From NCBI GenBank assembly GCA_021613535.1, contig CP075497.1, positions 124,001-188,000 of the forward strand: DNA of 64,000 bases, given 5' to 3'. The notes under the pieces are model-generated. The model did no database searches, was not told where the DNA came from, and saw nothing but the letters and a program-made list of their open reading frames with translations. The DNA is from Adineta vaga (Eukaryota > Animalia > Rotifera). Below, piece after piece: positions 13,710-27,179 of the stretch. The position numbers were made by a program, and so were the translations under genes. Numbering within the stretch: position 1 is the first letter of the stretch; every line of letters begins with the position of its first letter.

Positions 13710-16700
13710 ATGTCATTGCGATCAAGTCGATGGACGCAATGGCGTCAGAAGCAGAAGCTTAATGCTGCTATACAATTAGGTTTTCATCAGTTATTTTTAC
13801 TTTTGTATTCTCAGCGTTTATTTTTTGGAGGCGTCAAGCTATCTCAGATGGAAATTGGTACGAGAGACACTGACCAGACACAAAATGTTAATGTGACTGA
13901 AACTCAAACCATCGATGCTCCATGACGAGCATTATCTGCGAGATCTGTTGAAAATTTATTGTATTTCGTTAATCATACCCTTTTTTAACAGACGTTCGGA
14001 GTTTGTTGGAAATGAACAAGACTTGTAAGAGACGGTATTTTTCTTTCAATGATTTTATGTTTTGTTTTAGACTAATTGAATCCATTCACAACAATATTAC
14101 GAGCAACAATAATGATGTTGTCGAAACTTCAAAACCGCAGATACCGCTTTGTAATCGCGATGAGATCTCCGGAACAGATATCGCTGCTAGTCTTGTCTTA
14201 TTGAAGAGGAAACATCGTCTATCAATTAGTTGCATTAATGATATCATTCGTTTATTCGAGAAGCTTTATGTTTTTAACACACCGTCTAGTTGGTACAAAG
14301 TTAAACGTATGTTGAATAAATCACAACCAATATCGAAGAAATCTTCAATATGTCCCGTTTGTGACGAGTCAATATCATATAAAGCAAATTGTCCAAGTTG
14401 TCTAACAAACTATTCGAACAAGTCGCAATCATTTAACATTTTCTCTATAACAAAACAGCTTCAAAGCATTCTAATCAATAATCCAAATGTTGATTTATTA
14501 TATCATAATAGATCGTCGTCTATGAGAGATGTTTGTGATGGTGCTGCTTACCGTTCGATACGTAATCGTAACTCGAATTCGATTCTGACTTTGACGATGA
14601 ATATTGATGGAGTCCAATTTTCCAAAGGTTTTCAATCAAGTCTTTGGCCGATTCTGTTAGTAATCAATGAGCTTCCACCCAAAATTCGATTCAACATTGA
14701 GAATGTCATACTTGCGGGTGTCTGGCCTGGTCCTTCGAAACCGTCACGCAATCATATTAGATTATTATACCGGCCATTAGTAGATGAACTTCTCGAGCTT
14801 GAGAATGGTCATTTGTTTAGTTTGTCTAATGGACAGATTGTTAAGACGTCGGTTTACCTGATCGCGGCTTGCTGTGACAAACCGGCACAATCGATCATCC
14901 AATGTATTGCGGAGCCAATCGCTGCATTTGGATGTGGACGATGTGAAACAGAGGGTAGTACAATACTTTTATCTACTGAATGAAATGCTGATAATAGATT
15001 TGACTCTGCCTTTCATAAGAGTGAGAAAAGGAATACAGCAACGATAAAAAGATACTCTAAAGTCGATTGTGAAGCTGAAAATGTTTATTTCATAACCAAA
15101 CATATCTCTGTGCGCAGCGCCGATAAAATCACACTGGAGCGCAACAATATATCTGCTACTTCTATTGCCTTTTTTCATGCATATACCGCGTGTCAACACA
15201 TCCTCTCCTATTTAAAGTTAAGGTGAGCAGGGAAAAAATGTGAGAAGAATGCAAACGAAAACGAACAAATATGACAGAAAAAAGAATATATCATGATCAA
15301 TGACTAATATCAACGATTCTATGTCAGCTTTTCATCCTTAAATTTTTTCACTGATCATTTCGTTGCATTGAATTTATCGCAACTATAAGTCTATGCGATC
15401 ATCTAAAATAAATGACCACACTCTGTTATATATTTTCAATAGGTTTCATGGTTTCAACAACACAGGGAGGACATGTCCGCAGCTTTTCGATCAACGATCA
15501 GGAACTGAGCAATATCGTTGTTCGTTCGAATGAACGCTATGATATTTTGATTAATGTTTTTCAAGTACAGGAACGATTACAAAATCATTGGCCATATCAT
15601 CGCCGATCCAAAGGACCACCTATCGACAAGTGGAATGAAAAGGGATTGATGGGAGTTTGTATACTTCGAGAATTAACATATTTCGATGTTGGACGATCTT
15701 TCCTGGCTGATAGCTTGCACAACGTATACATCGGGACTTTTGTAACAGGAAACTGCTTTTTTCTAAGACATTTTGCTCAACTCTGCTTTTAGAAAAGAAT
15801 GGTTCACCTTTGGCTTAATAGAAGGTTTCGAAATGAAGATTGGAACATAAGTAAGTGTATAACAATATCAATAATATTCGGATCGGGTAGTATTGGGATT
15901 GGTATTGATTGCAGGTGGATATTCACGATTACTACGAAAAATCAATATTTATATCGATATCAATATGTTCACCTGAAAGGCCAATACTGCTACTACTGCC
16001 CGATATTTCGATACCATGTAGATATCATTATATCTTTGAATATAGGTGGAAGGATAATTGAACTCACCACATTGTTTCGTTGTGTTCGACTTCCGTCAAC
16101 CACAACAAGAATACCTCGTTCGCTTATTGAGTATAGAAGATTTAAAGCCAACGAATTCCGCGTCTTACTCCTGTTCGGACACGTCATTTTCAAGAAATCC
16201 TTACAAGAACAGTACTACAAGCGCCTTCTACAGCTAGTTGTCATCATGCACATGTCAGAGGGCAGAATGTTCGATAACTTGGATGAATAATTTATCAAAC
16301 GCCTCTGTCACAGTTTTGTTTTATCGTTTTCACAACTGTACACGGACCGACATTGTGTTCAAGTGGTTCATTCAATCATTCATATACCTGAAACAATTAA
16401 TGACTTTCGTCCGTTAACAAATTATACTACGTTCCAGTTTGAGAACGATCTTGGTACGAGCTTACGTTTTTCTCTGCTTCTGACATTTCGTCTGTTTGTA
16501 CTGTGGATAGGTGTGCTGGTTAAATCAACTAAGGGTCCACGAAATCAAGCTGAAGAAATTATGCAAAATTTACATGTTCTTCAACATGCAAAACGTCATT
16601 GTATGAATCCGACCATGAGCTCAGATTTTGCTTTTTTTCTTTTCTCTACCTTCTTCCATTCAAAATCAGTAGACGATTCTAAAAGAACACGTTTACTGCT

Positions 16701-17140
16701 TGAGCACAAATGTAGCAAAGAAGACGCGTCCGTACATCTGCTCTTCCCTTGGGCACAGCTCGATTTTTTCGATGTAATATACCTGGATGACTGTCGTCCC
16801 TCAACTCGTTCGCACCCACATATGGCAAAACCTCTGATGACTCGAATATTCTTTTTGTTTGAATGGAACAGAACAGTTTGGCCGAATTCGCGCAATATTC
16901 ACACTGAATCCTAGTCAACCCATGATTTTCGTTGCTCATTTCCTGAACAACTCACCCTTAGTGTGCCTACTTGATCAATCACAAAAAATTGAATTTCCTG
17001 GTATACAATTTTCTTCAGCAGTCAGATGGTCTTACATTCTTATTGTCATTGATGACTTTATCGAGAAAACTGTTTATTTTGAAAGTGCTGGTGCCGATGT
17101 GTCTTTCTGTCGTTTCTCAAATTTAACTCACAGCTCGTAA
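13710..17140 (+). pseudogene. EnSpm/Tnp2-like DDE transposase, spliced and inactivated
   Basis: Motifs CPVC...CPSC, LTMNIDG...LWP...NELPP, CCDKPA...FGCGRC, DSLHNVYIG, RRFKANEFR, HSIIH...TFQFEN; premature stop at 16288-16290 and a frameshift near 16815; two introns enlarged by insertions (~14955-15442, ~15851-16046). Confidence 0.85.
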
Positions 17141-17562
17141 AATATAGCACGACTTCTTCCTATAAAAACATACGTCGTCAATCATTCCATATTTGTAAAT
17201 GGTGCAAATAACTGAGAAAGTTTGAAGTGATGGTCGAAAGCTCACGAACTATATTTTACGTAGAGTAAGATTTATCAACAAGCATCTATCTGGTTTCAGC
17301 CGTTATCAAGACAAAAATTTCGAAAACATACACCAGAAACGATTGAACGGATTGTCAATCGATTGAGGATGAAAATCTGATTTCAATTTTCTAATCGATT
17401 ACAATCAATAAAAAACGATTATTTTATTTCTAAATAACAAACACATTTTAATCAAATTCAATCTGATTATCCGCCAAAACTAAGATTTTTGTAGGAAAAA
17501 TCGGATTTTCTGTTTGATAATCAAAAATAATCCAGATTATTGGTATGATATTTTTCACTGGG

Positions 17563-18406
17563 TATATTTACGTTGAAATTGTAAAGTAACATTAATACGA
17601 AAGTGTGTATTTTCACCATCATCATCATCATTATATTCGATCAAATTGAAATAAGAATACTGAGAGTTAAAGAAATTTTCATACAAGTAACCAGAGATAT
17701 CGAACGAAGCGCTACCCAAGAAAATATATGTCCCATTCATAGGTGGAATTATTTCAATAGTTTGATAATAATGATTAGCTGAATTACTTGTCGGTCGATT
17801 GAATTGTAAATTGTCAGATGATAAAAAATCGGAATTAGTAGATGAAACTGTTGCTAAAATAAATATAGGTGAGATTGATTTATGTAATAGAATCGATTTA
17901 CTTGATGTCGTTGATTCTACAATGAAATAATCATTGTGATCTAGCTGAACATTGGTCGGACCTTCAACACGGACTCTAAAAAATCCTGTTACATTTGGAT
18001 AATAAGTACTAACAATTAAAACATAAGTCTTCTGGGATTGTAAATCAACATTAATTTGAAATCGATGGTTATTATCATAATCATCTGAAATCAAACTCTT
18101 CGAAAGATTAGTTGAATCTGTAGGAAAATAATGAAAAGATCCATACATATCGAAAGAGCTTTGACTTGTAAAATTATATGAACCATTTCTATAAACATTT
18201 ACTGCAATTGCATGAAAATAATAATCACGTTTAACACCATTATATCGAATAAATGTTGAATTGTATGAAGATATACGCGCTACATAATCTGTTAGTACAA
18301 GAGCATGACCTTTAATATTGAATAACAATTAAATTGTACTGTAAAATATCTTCTTACTATTAATGAAAAAGGTCAAAATCAATCCAATTTTGATAAGATT
18401 ATTCAT
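17563..18406 (-). pseudogene. Secreted protein with tandem beta-sandwich (PPC-like) repeats, truncated by the transposon
   Basis: Signal exon MNNLIKIGLILTFFIN at 18406-18358; two YY/FxxIxxxxxxNGxYxFxxxxSFDxxG repeats; the second breaks off at LQFQRKY at the TIR. Confidence 0.7.
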
Positions 18407-19013
18407 TCTTTCTTTCAATTTGAATAGTAATCAATGATTTGTCGGGCGGATTTCGAGCTGCGAAGTTCTATTACTTTGTTTTCGGCGAATATACAGAGAA
18501 TAAATATTGCGCACTAAATCGGATTTCTTTATTACATATTATACTTCTTATAATAATCGTATAACATTTTATTGTCAAAACAGATAAGATGAGAGAAAAA
18601 TCTATTCACAAAAGCGGATTTTCGGGTGAGGATATCATCGTAATTGTATGTGTATTTCTATTTGAAAAGCTTTCGATCTGAATTCACTGAGATTGCGTGA
18701 AAGATGACATAGAACAAATGTGTTACAAGGTATTCATTTATTTTTGTTGACAATCAGTCCGATGGGAAACTGATTTTAGAGTAATTGATAAGCATAGATC
18801 TTTTGCGAAACATTTCTTTTCTTTTCATGTTTAATATGGATTGTACGATATTGATTATGAACAAGTTATCGATCAATTTTCCGTCAATCACAAAAACAGT
18901 AGAATTTCGCGACGTTAGATTGTATCTTAAGATTTTCGTAACAAAGTTTAAGTGATAGGCTAGTTCGAATCACCTTACACATTATTTATCAGATTTGATC
19001 GTGATGTATTACA

Positions 19014-19745
19014 TTAAGAAGAAAATCTTGGAAATAGATCAGAATATGATGGTGGCGGTGGTAAGGAGTTAGCTTGATCAAGATGATATATTGAATTTAC
19101 TGCTGTTGTAGGACGGACGATATCAATCACCACCTGAAAAACATAGAGAAAAGAAATAACCACGATAGGTGTCGTTTGTTATAGAAATTATAAGACAATA
19201 CATGACTATAATCGTTTTGATCTGCATTATTTTCATCTCCGCGATTTTCCAATCGCCATCCACATGTTATTGGAGATCTTGAAGAATATATGATTGTTTC
19301 TTTGGTAATGGCTTGTCGTAGTTTTCTTTCACGTTGACATATTATCACACAACAAGCGATAAGATGAAGAAATACTCCACCATCAATTGATACGATTCCA
19401 ATAGTGAGTAATGTATTATAGAAACTTGAATCCTTTTCAGCTGCTACGTTTGCACTAATGATAAAGGATATTCCCAATAAGACCATCAAACATAAACTAA
19501 TACATATGATTTTGAGTTTCGTATTATATGATAACATCGGTTGATTTATTCGATTCATTGATTCTTGAAATTCACCTGGATCGATAATTCCATTTAGATC
19601 ATTTCGATATGTTGAATTAAATCCATGTTTACAGCATACATCTAAAAATATATTATACATAAACATATATCAAGTAGAAGAAAGGATATTTACATGCATC
19701 GAGAGGAATATAAATAGACCGTGGATGTTGAAAAATATTCGTCAT
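19014..19745 (-). CDS. Small two-TM membrane protein with a C-terminal PPPPSY motif (3 exons)
   Basis: ATG 19745 (MTNIFQHPRSIYIPLDA), introns near 19643-19693 and 19136-19200, two hydrophobic helices, ends PPPPSYSDLFPRFSS-stop. Confidence 0.7.
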
Positions 19746-20841
19746 ACTGGAATTAAAAAGAAAATTTCTTCTTTAATATATTCAGAAAACACATTTATTC
19801 AAATGATTATCTACATTCGGAACAAAATTGAGCTGCTAAATCATTTCGTAGTACGCACCATTTTCTTTCGGAATCAGAATTATCTAGAAAATGAACCAGG
19901 TAAATCGTTTAATACTATAATGGCCATCGGACCAATAAAGACGTCAAATATGGGAAAAATAGCGATGAAAAAAGAAATCAAAGTTAATCTATTCATTAAA
20001 TTGAAATTTATCGAGAGTATCGATTCCAACTAATTGAGTTCGATAGTTGAATCAAATTCAAATGTTATACATCTGACTAAAATATTCTTTGAAGTCAAAC
20101 TTTAAATAAAACTTTTCGCTTACTTGGAATAACTGGGATAGAAATTGAGTTTGGACACTCAGAAATATGAATCATTCCGAACTTTATCTGATTTGCGTTT
20201 CAAAGTTGAAAAAATGATCAAATTAGGATTGAGATCGAGATTTTTTCATAATACAATATTGTCTTATACTAAATTCACATTTTGTTTCTCTGAAAGTTCT
20301 ACAGGAAGATGTAAGTATATTATTTGTCGACATAATCTCGGCGAAAAAGTATTCGATCCATAAAATAAATGTCTTAAAAAGTGACTTGTTCAAATATACT
20401 GATAAAAAGCCTTCAATTACTTCTTATCAAATATCCACGGAATAAAAGAGAATATTTTATGATACTAAAATGACAAAAAGAAATCTTTGCTTTGCGACTT
20501 GTCCATATAAAAAGAAATTGATTTTTTAAAGACGGTTGCTATATGAACTAAGTGATTCGTTTTATGTATAATGTAATAAATACTTATTAACAAAGATAAT
20601 CTTTGCTTTACATATTTCTTGTTATTTCGCTGGAGTTTTCAAACAGAAACGATGTGATCGCATGAATTGACAATTGTTGAGAGTTTGTATGTTATTCGTT
20701 CTGCACTCACATTCTCAACCGTATCCAATTTTTTTGCTGAGTAAAATTTCATGAAGTTACGCGATATGTGTCATTCGAATTCTTGCTTACCTGACATACA
20801 TATATATGCAAATACGACATCTCATTTTGGTGTTCTAAACT

Positions 20842-21953
20842 ATGGCGCGTATTATCATTCTACTGTTATTATTAACTACCTCACCTTCGTTGACAAATAC
20901 ACTCGAATGCTACTGGAATACTTTTTATTATACAAAATGGTACTGTAACAAGTCAAAATCTACCTTCATTCGACCACAGCCAATTCAAACGTGGTAATTA
21001 GGGATGTATCAATACCAATACTTCCAATACCAAAACTATCGGTATTGGTATTTTTTAGAAAACTAGGAATATAAGCGCTATTTGGCATTTCTTTACTTTA
21101 AACACAGCTCTCTCACCTATACTCAGTGCTGCGCGTGTATATACTGTGTTTAAAGTAAGGCAGCGCCCTTTGGTTATTGACATTGATTAACATTTCTTGT
21201 GAATCTCTTGTTATACTCGCCAGCACGTAGCAGTCTGAATTCTTTGAATTTATTCAATTCTATTTTGTTTAGTTCTCATAAAAAATACCAATAGCAATAC
21301 TACAATACCGTATTGGTATTGTGACATCAATGAATGATAATTTACGAGAATCGATTTATACTAACGCTAAAATAACTCTTGACATTGATAGTCAAAATAC
21401 AATATCAATACGTTCACTTTTGTATATGTGTAGTTCCACGCATAGATGTAACAATCAAACAATTATTCAACGATTACTTGGATCAATGATTATCGAAGAT
21501 TCTTTTCTTGAAAATTTCTCTGAACTAATCAAACAGATGCCATTCGATAACAGTACAGCTGCAACATGTCTTTGGTTTCGTAATGTTACTTCACAGTGTG
21601 CACAACCAGATTTGAACAATTGCAAACGATGTACAACTAATATTTATCATTCAAATTCAAATAATGATACTATTTGTGTCACTTGTGATACGTTTAATGT
21701 TGATGTGAATAATATGCAAAGATAAGTCGAATTTATTTTGGATAATCGAACACAACTTGATGATCGAATTACGATCAAATGTCAAAGAAAAGGATGTAAT
21801 TCGATAGAAAATATCAATAAAATTCGTCAAACAAGTACGATCACATTGGATTTTGATAAATTGTTTGAGAAACATTCTAACGTTTTATCACTTTCCGTGT
21901 CAACCGTATTCACAATATTTTTTCTAAGCTTTCAATTCATTTTCATTTATTGA
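20842..21953 (+). pseudogene. Secreted Cys-rich, possibly GPI-anchored protein interrupted by a MITE
   Basis: Signal peptide MARIIILLLLLTTSPSLTNTLEC, frameshift, insertion at ~20999-21333, Cys-rich ORFs 21321-21725 and 21738-21953 separated by a stop, hydrophobic C-terminus. Confidence 0.6.
20999..21333. mobile_element. hAT-like MITE
   Basis: Starts TAGGGATG, ends ...GACATCAATGA, multiple CAATAC/GTATTG subterminal repeats; flanks GTGGTAAT / ATGATAAT could be a decayed 8-bp TSD. Confidence 0.55.
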
Positions 21954-22681
21954 TTGAGTAAAACTAACGTTTTTTCTTTGTTCTGTAATTGTTCAGATGG
22001 GAAATTATTTGAAAACAAAATTTATGTACTTAATCTACGGCCGATTTATAATGTTTTGTATTTCTTTCTTTATTAGTCTCAACTATGTTTTCGATGTCTT
22101 ATTGACTTTACTTTGCAATAAAACTTACTTCATACTTAGATATTATTGTCCTTTCCAAACAAAACTAATCAGATGACACAACGTTTGACACACTCATCTT
22201 TAAGATCATAAGATTATTGAAAATTTCTCATTGATGTATTTATTTCTAATTCAAAATAAAAAGAAGACAAACTACTTTGCAATATGTGTAAATAAGGATG
22301 GTCATGTTCAATAGAATAAATCAATTAAATTTTCAAATTCATTTCGCATTAAATGGTGATATTTTTATTAAAGAGAAAACGGCTGAGGAAAAGTTTACTT
22401 CGATTGTTCCAATGGTTATATGTATAAAGGAGAAAATCTAGTTGACACTTTCCCAATCGTTTTCTCTTGGATGAAAATGCTATTATTCGATTCAGAATCA
22501 GATGGATTGGTATTCACGGATTTACATTTAGGTTTTCGATTTGTGCTGATAACTTCACATCGATTTATGTTTATTATTCTCTCTTTTCTTTTAAAAGATT
22601 CTTTATGAAGGGATGGTTAACTAAATCACATCATATCTACATATCGAATAAATACAAAGTTTATTAGTAAAGCTAATGAAA

Positions 22682-24312
22682 GGACGGGGGCGTATAAGAC
22701 CGTAAATCGGCCCATTGCAAAATCAACTTAGAAAACACATAAAACGATGCAGAATGAGACGGCGAATCTTTCTATAACAAATTCAAGTCATTCCGTAAAC
22801 GAATAAAAAAATTTAGATAGACAATACTATTTGGTATTTTCACTCAATTTTTACTGCATGATGAGACAGTATTCTGAAGAAATCGTAACAAAATTGGTAT
22901 CATATCATCTATCAAATAACTTCATTAGAAAGAGCAAGTGATTCTGCACAAACTTCTATATGAACCATAGCCAAAAAAAATAGATAAGGTGAACTTATAG
23001 TGGCTAAATAGCGTCTATATGAATATTACGAGGTACATCATAGAGATTTCTATTTTAAAGATTAACAAAAGGGAGTGATGATGGGGTCTCTTATATATAG
23101 ATCGATAGAGCTTTTCACGGGCTACAAAATGGTATTATTTCCATCTGTCGAAAAGTCTGGCGAAGTTGCTGAAAATGAACTATTATCATAAATAGTACTG
23201 AAAGATTAATAAAATATAAGCACGTGATTCTATTCGTTCTTGGCATTTGACAAAATATTGTAAAACCAGTAAGCTATATGTCTCACAGTGAAAATTACAC
23301 TTAACTATATAATACGTATGTGAGACCATATATCAAAACATATTTCAAATACAGATTGAGTGCAATCACAATGATATCATGAATACCAAATCACTAAAAT
23401 ACCTCGACAATATCAATATCTCGATTACTTCTCTCTATGATATAACTCGATTGTGAATACAATCGAACATCACCATATATGCAACAACGTATATCGATAT
23501 ATATATACGTCTAGGTATACATAGACATATCTAATTTCAAGCTATGTCACTTGTACACAGAGGGAACAGAACGAGAAAGAAAAGAAAAAAGTGACGTCAG
23601 AACCTAACAAAACTATCATACTTTGAAGTAAATCCAAGAACATATACGAGCACACGACTTAATCGATGATTCTAAAACTAGACGCATTTTGTAGCCCGTG
23701 AAACGCTCTATCGATTCCTATATAAGAAATCCCATCATCACCCCCTTTTTGATGGCCTTTATGGTCATTTTTGACGCAAAAATCACGATTTTTCAACATT
23801 TTTAACAGTATTCGTCCTGAAAAAATTTTTGGCCAGACTTTTCGACAGATGGAAATAATACCATTTTGTAGCCCGTGAAAAGCCTCTATCGATCTATATA
23901 TAAGAGACCCCATCATCACTCCCTTTTGTTAATCTTTAAAATAGAAATCTCTATGATGTACCTCGTAATATTCATATAGACGCTATTTAGCCACTATAAG
24001 TTCACCTTATCTATTTTTTTTGGCTATGGTTCATATAGAAGTTTGTGCAGAATCACTTGCTCTTTCTAATGAAGTTATTTGATAGATGATATGATACCAA
24101 TTTTGTTACGATTTCTTCAGAATACTGTCTCATCATGCAGTAAAAATTGAGTGAAAATACCAAATAGTATTGTCTATCTAAATTTTTTTATTCGTTTACG
24201 GAATGACTTGAATTTGTTATAGAAAGATGCGCCGTCTCATTCTGCATCGTTTTATGTGTTTTCTAAGTTGATTTTGCAATGGGCCGATTTACGGTCTTAT
24301 ACGCCCCCGTCC
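22682..24312. mobile_element. Spy-like non-autonomous element with ~480-bp TIRs
   Basis: Arms 22682-23161 and ~23832-24312 are near-identical inverted repeats; flanks AAA|...|TTT with no TSD; outer 328 bp match 4839-5166. Confidence 0.88.
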
Positions 24313-24835
24313 TTTGGTTGATTGGAGTTTATAATCAGGTTTAATCTATAAGCCATCTGACGAGATTGTGAAATTCAGTCGAAACCGGTCATGGCGGGTA
24401 TTACTCATACCCACACCCATCAGATTCGAGTTCCTCGATTTCGATCATCCTTTAGCTAATCACTTTGTGATGACTTTTGATAAGTTTTTACCGATTTAAG
24501 AAATAGTGCAATCTGATTGGCTTGAACAGACAGACAAATTTTTAGCATTTTCAGTTCGTAATTTAACCATTGTATAACCGTTTCTTTTACTTAACATTAA
24601 TTATCGATGAATAAAGATATTGACAGAAAGAAAGATAAAAATTGTAATTGGCGTACGCAAACGTACTTTCTGTATGCATGTGTCGTTCTTTCATCAATCC
24701 TTTTATTCTACGTACTTGACAACACAGTGACGGAAAAGGAAAAATTCGCTCTCACGTGTAATATAAAAACGACGTTATTGGTTCTTTTTAGCTTACATAA
24801 ACTATTTTGGTAGTTTTCATAAAGAAAAACACTTG

Positions 24836-25766
24836 ATGGCTAATGGAACAACTGAAGATAAGTTAAGTGCTTGTTGCCTAACTGAATATCATCCATTATC
24901 AGGAACTCCACGGGGACAAATTATAAAAATTGCCGACATTGATACTTATTTTATTGAAGGAGATGATGAACCAGCAAAAGGAAAGGTTATTGTTTTATTA
25001 ACCGATGTATTTGGTTTAGTAAAAAATCCACGTATTATTGCTGATGAAGTATCAGAAAAAACTGGTATGGATGTCTATGTGCCAGATTTATTCAATGGTG
25101 ATGCACTTTCTTCGTCACACTTAAAAGGTTCACCTGAAGTGCCTGGAGAAAAAAAATCGTTTGTTACAAAAGTAAAGTTTGTATAGAAAATCATGTGAAA
25201 AATACTATTTATTTTTTGTAATATAGCTTAATTTTGTAGGAAAACTACTGACAGAGATTGGACCGTGGATGATTCGACATCGTCAAGGTGTTACTCTTCC
25301 AATTGTAGAAAGATTTTTTAAAGTATGGTTTTATATCAATTATCTCTGTAAATTGAATGATGTGTATTTTTTATAGACGCTTCGTGATGAAAGAAATGCA
25401 ACTCGAATTCAAGCTGTTGGTTATTGTTTTGGTGGTCTTTATGCGGTTTTAGCTGGAGGTTCACTCCATCTTGCCGATGCTATTGTTGGTTGTCATGTTT
25501 CATTAGTAAATAAAAGTCATTTTGAACAATTACAAGTACCAGCAGCTTTTGCTTGTGCTCAAGAAGACGATTTTTTTTCCGATTCTTTTCGAACAGAAGT
25601 ACAACATATACTTTCGCGTAAATCCGACATAACAAGCAAGCTTTTATTAACCCATGGAACAGTCCATGGTTTTGCTTCTCGACCGAATCCAGACAATCCT
25701 ACTATCATGGCAGCATTCAAACAGGCCAATGATTTGATCGCAGAATGGGCTAAAACTCATCTTTAA
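24836..25766 (+). CDS. Dienelactone hydrolase family protein (3 exons)
   Basis: Exons 24836-25171, 25227-25322, 25377-25766; LTDVFG, VYVPDLF, nucleophile motif GYCFGG, QEDD, HGF; open frame to TAA. Confidence 0.92.
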
Positions 25767-26586
25767 CTACTTAGAATTTATTACTTTTGTTTCGTAACGA
25801 GGCGTTATCAAACTGTTTAATTTTCTTTTACTAAAATACGATTGCCTTGAGGATGAGGATATTATCATTAAACTATCTATATTTGTTACCTCATTGACGT
25901 GCACATCTATCTTGACGAAGATTGTCTTGAGAGATATAGATAGAATGTATAAATTGATATCGGTAAAAAAGTCCAGATAAACTTCCGTTCGAATTGATCG
26001 ATATATGATTTGGATAGATATCAACGATGAATCAAACTGATCGAGTTGAAAGTATGTGGTGAGGATGATGGAGATGCTCTTCTGCATCTATAAACTAAAT
26101 ATGTTTTGAAAAGATAATGAAATAAAACGATATAAGACAGCTATTGTATTTAAGATTATATCGAAGTGTTACGCAATTTAGTCAATCTGATTTTTAGTTC
26201 TTGAAGAAAGTTATGAGTAATAAACGAAAAGTTTTGAAACTTGGCAAAGAAGAAGTTGATTTACTAAAATATTGAAATTTAATAAATAATTATTTTTTTT
26301 TAATGTTTAGAATGAAGATTCAAGTAAACTACCTGCAGAACAAATTTCTCGATTGTGAAGTGATTCAGTTGCACAAGCGGCTCTTATACTGAAGAATTAA
26401 ATAAACGATTGAATGAATGTCATGAGACAATCCAGAAAAAAAATGCAGAAATAAAATAACACGAAAATCAGTTGTTCAGGCCGCACGATACGGTCAGATG
26501 AGGGTGAAAGTGAGAAAATAAAATCCAGTCTCATATCATCATACTCAAGTTTTATAGAATTATATAAACTTGGAATATGTAATACA

Positions 26587-27019
26587 TCAATATGAGATGA
26601 TCATAATCATAGTTAGTTTATTTTTCACGAGTTTGAATCTCGTACCACATATAGAAGTCTTATGTGACAAACGTACAAATGAGTAGATAAATGGACGAAA
26701 ACCATAATAAACTAGATGAGGACAAGAACTTGTCCGATTCGTGCACAATATAGACTGATTAACAGAGCATACGGGCAAATGTTCAAAAGATTTTACCTTC
26801 ACATCCGGTAGCGACCCAGAAACTGACAAGTGTACTTTTTAATTCAGAAGACTCCAGCAATTGCTGGAGAAAAGCATTTTGTTGATTAGTACATTTCTTG
26901 AACATAGTAAGAACAACGGTTGAAAAAAATTCATCATTATGACAAGAAAAATCACCAATACCACACGAATGTTCTTCACAATACGCATCTGATGACTTCC
27001 TACAACCAAACTGAAACAA
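26587..27019 (-). pseudogene. LDL-receptor class A repeat gene remnant
   Basis: SSDAYCEEHSCGIGDFSCHNDEF resembles an LDLa module; surrounding frames broken. Confidence 0.4.
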
Positions 27020-27124
27020 TCCAGTTTTCTTTTATTAAACAAGATAAGAATAAAAATTTACAAACACAAAAACGATTCTTATTTCGCACGGTCCTCTCTA
27101 CAATCGACGAAGAGATAATAAGGA

Positions 27125-27179
27125 TGGGTGGGTGTGGGTGCAGATGAAGAGAAGTGTATTAGTCACACCCACACCCTCA
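27125..27179. repeat. Telomere-like inverted motif copy
   Basis: TGGGTGGGTGTGGGTG-cagatgaagagaagtgtattagt-CACACCCACACCCTCA. Confidence 0.85.

Larger units (their letters stand above)
9999..17562 (+). mobile_element. CMC/EnSpm (CACTA-type) DNA transposon, full-length but degenerate
   Basis: 12-bp TIRs CCCAGTGAAAAA / TTTTTCACTGGG, TA on both sides, subterminal AATCGATT-type repeats at both ends, internal Tnp2-like transposase. Confidence 0.88.

Noticed and set aside
10001-17560. Transib assignment from CAGTG/CACTG
   Set aside because: TIRs extend to CCC/GGG with TA flanks, there is no 5-bp TSD, and the transposase is Tnp2-like rather than RAG1-like.
23659-23919. 86-aa ORF inside the Spy-like element
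   Set aside because: Translation of duplicated subterminal repeats, with no transposase motifs.
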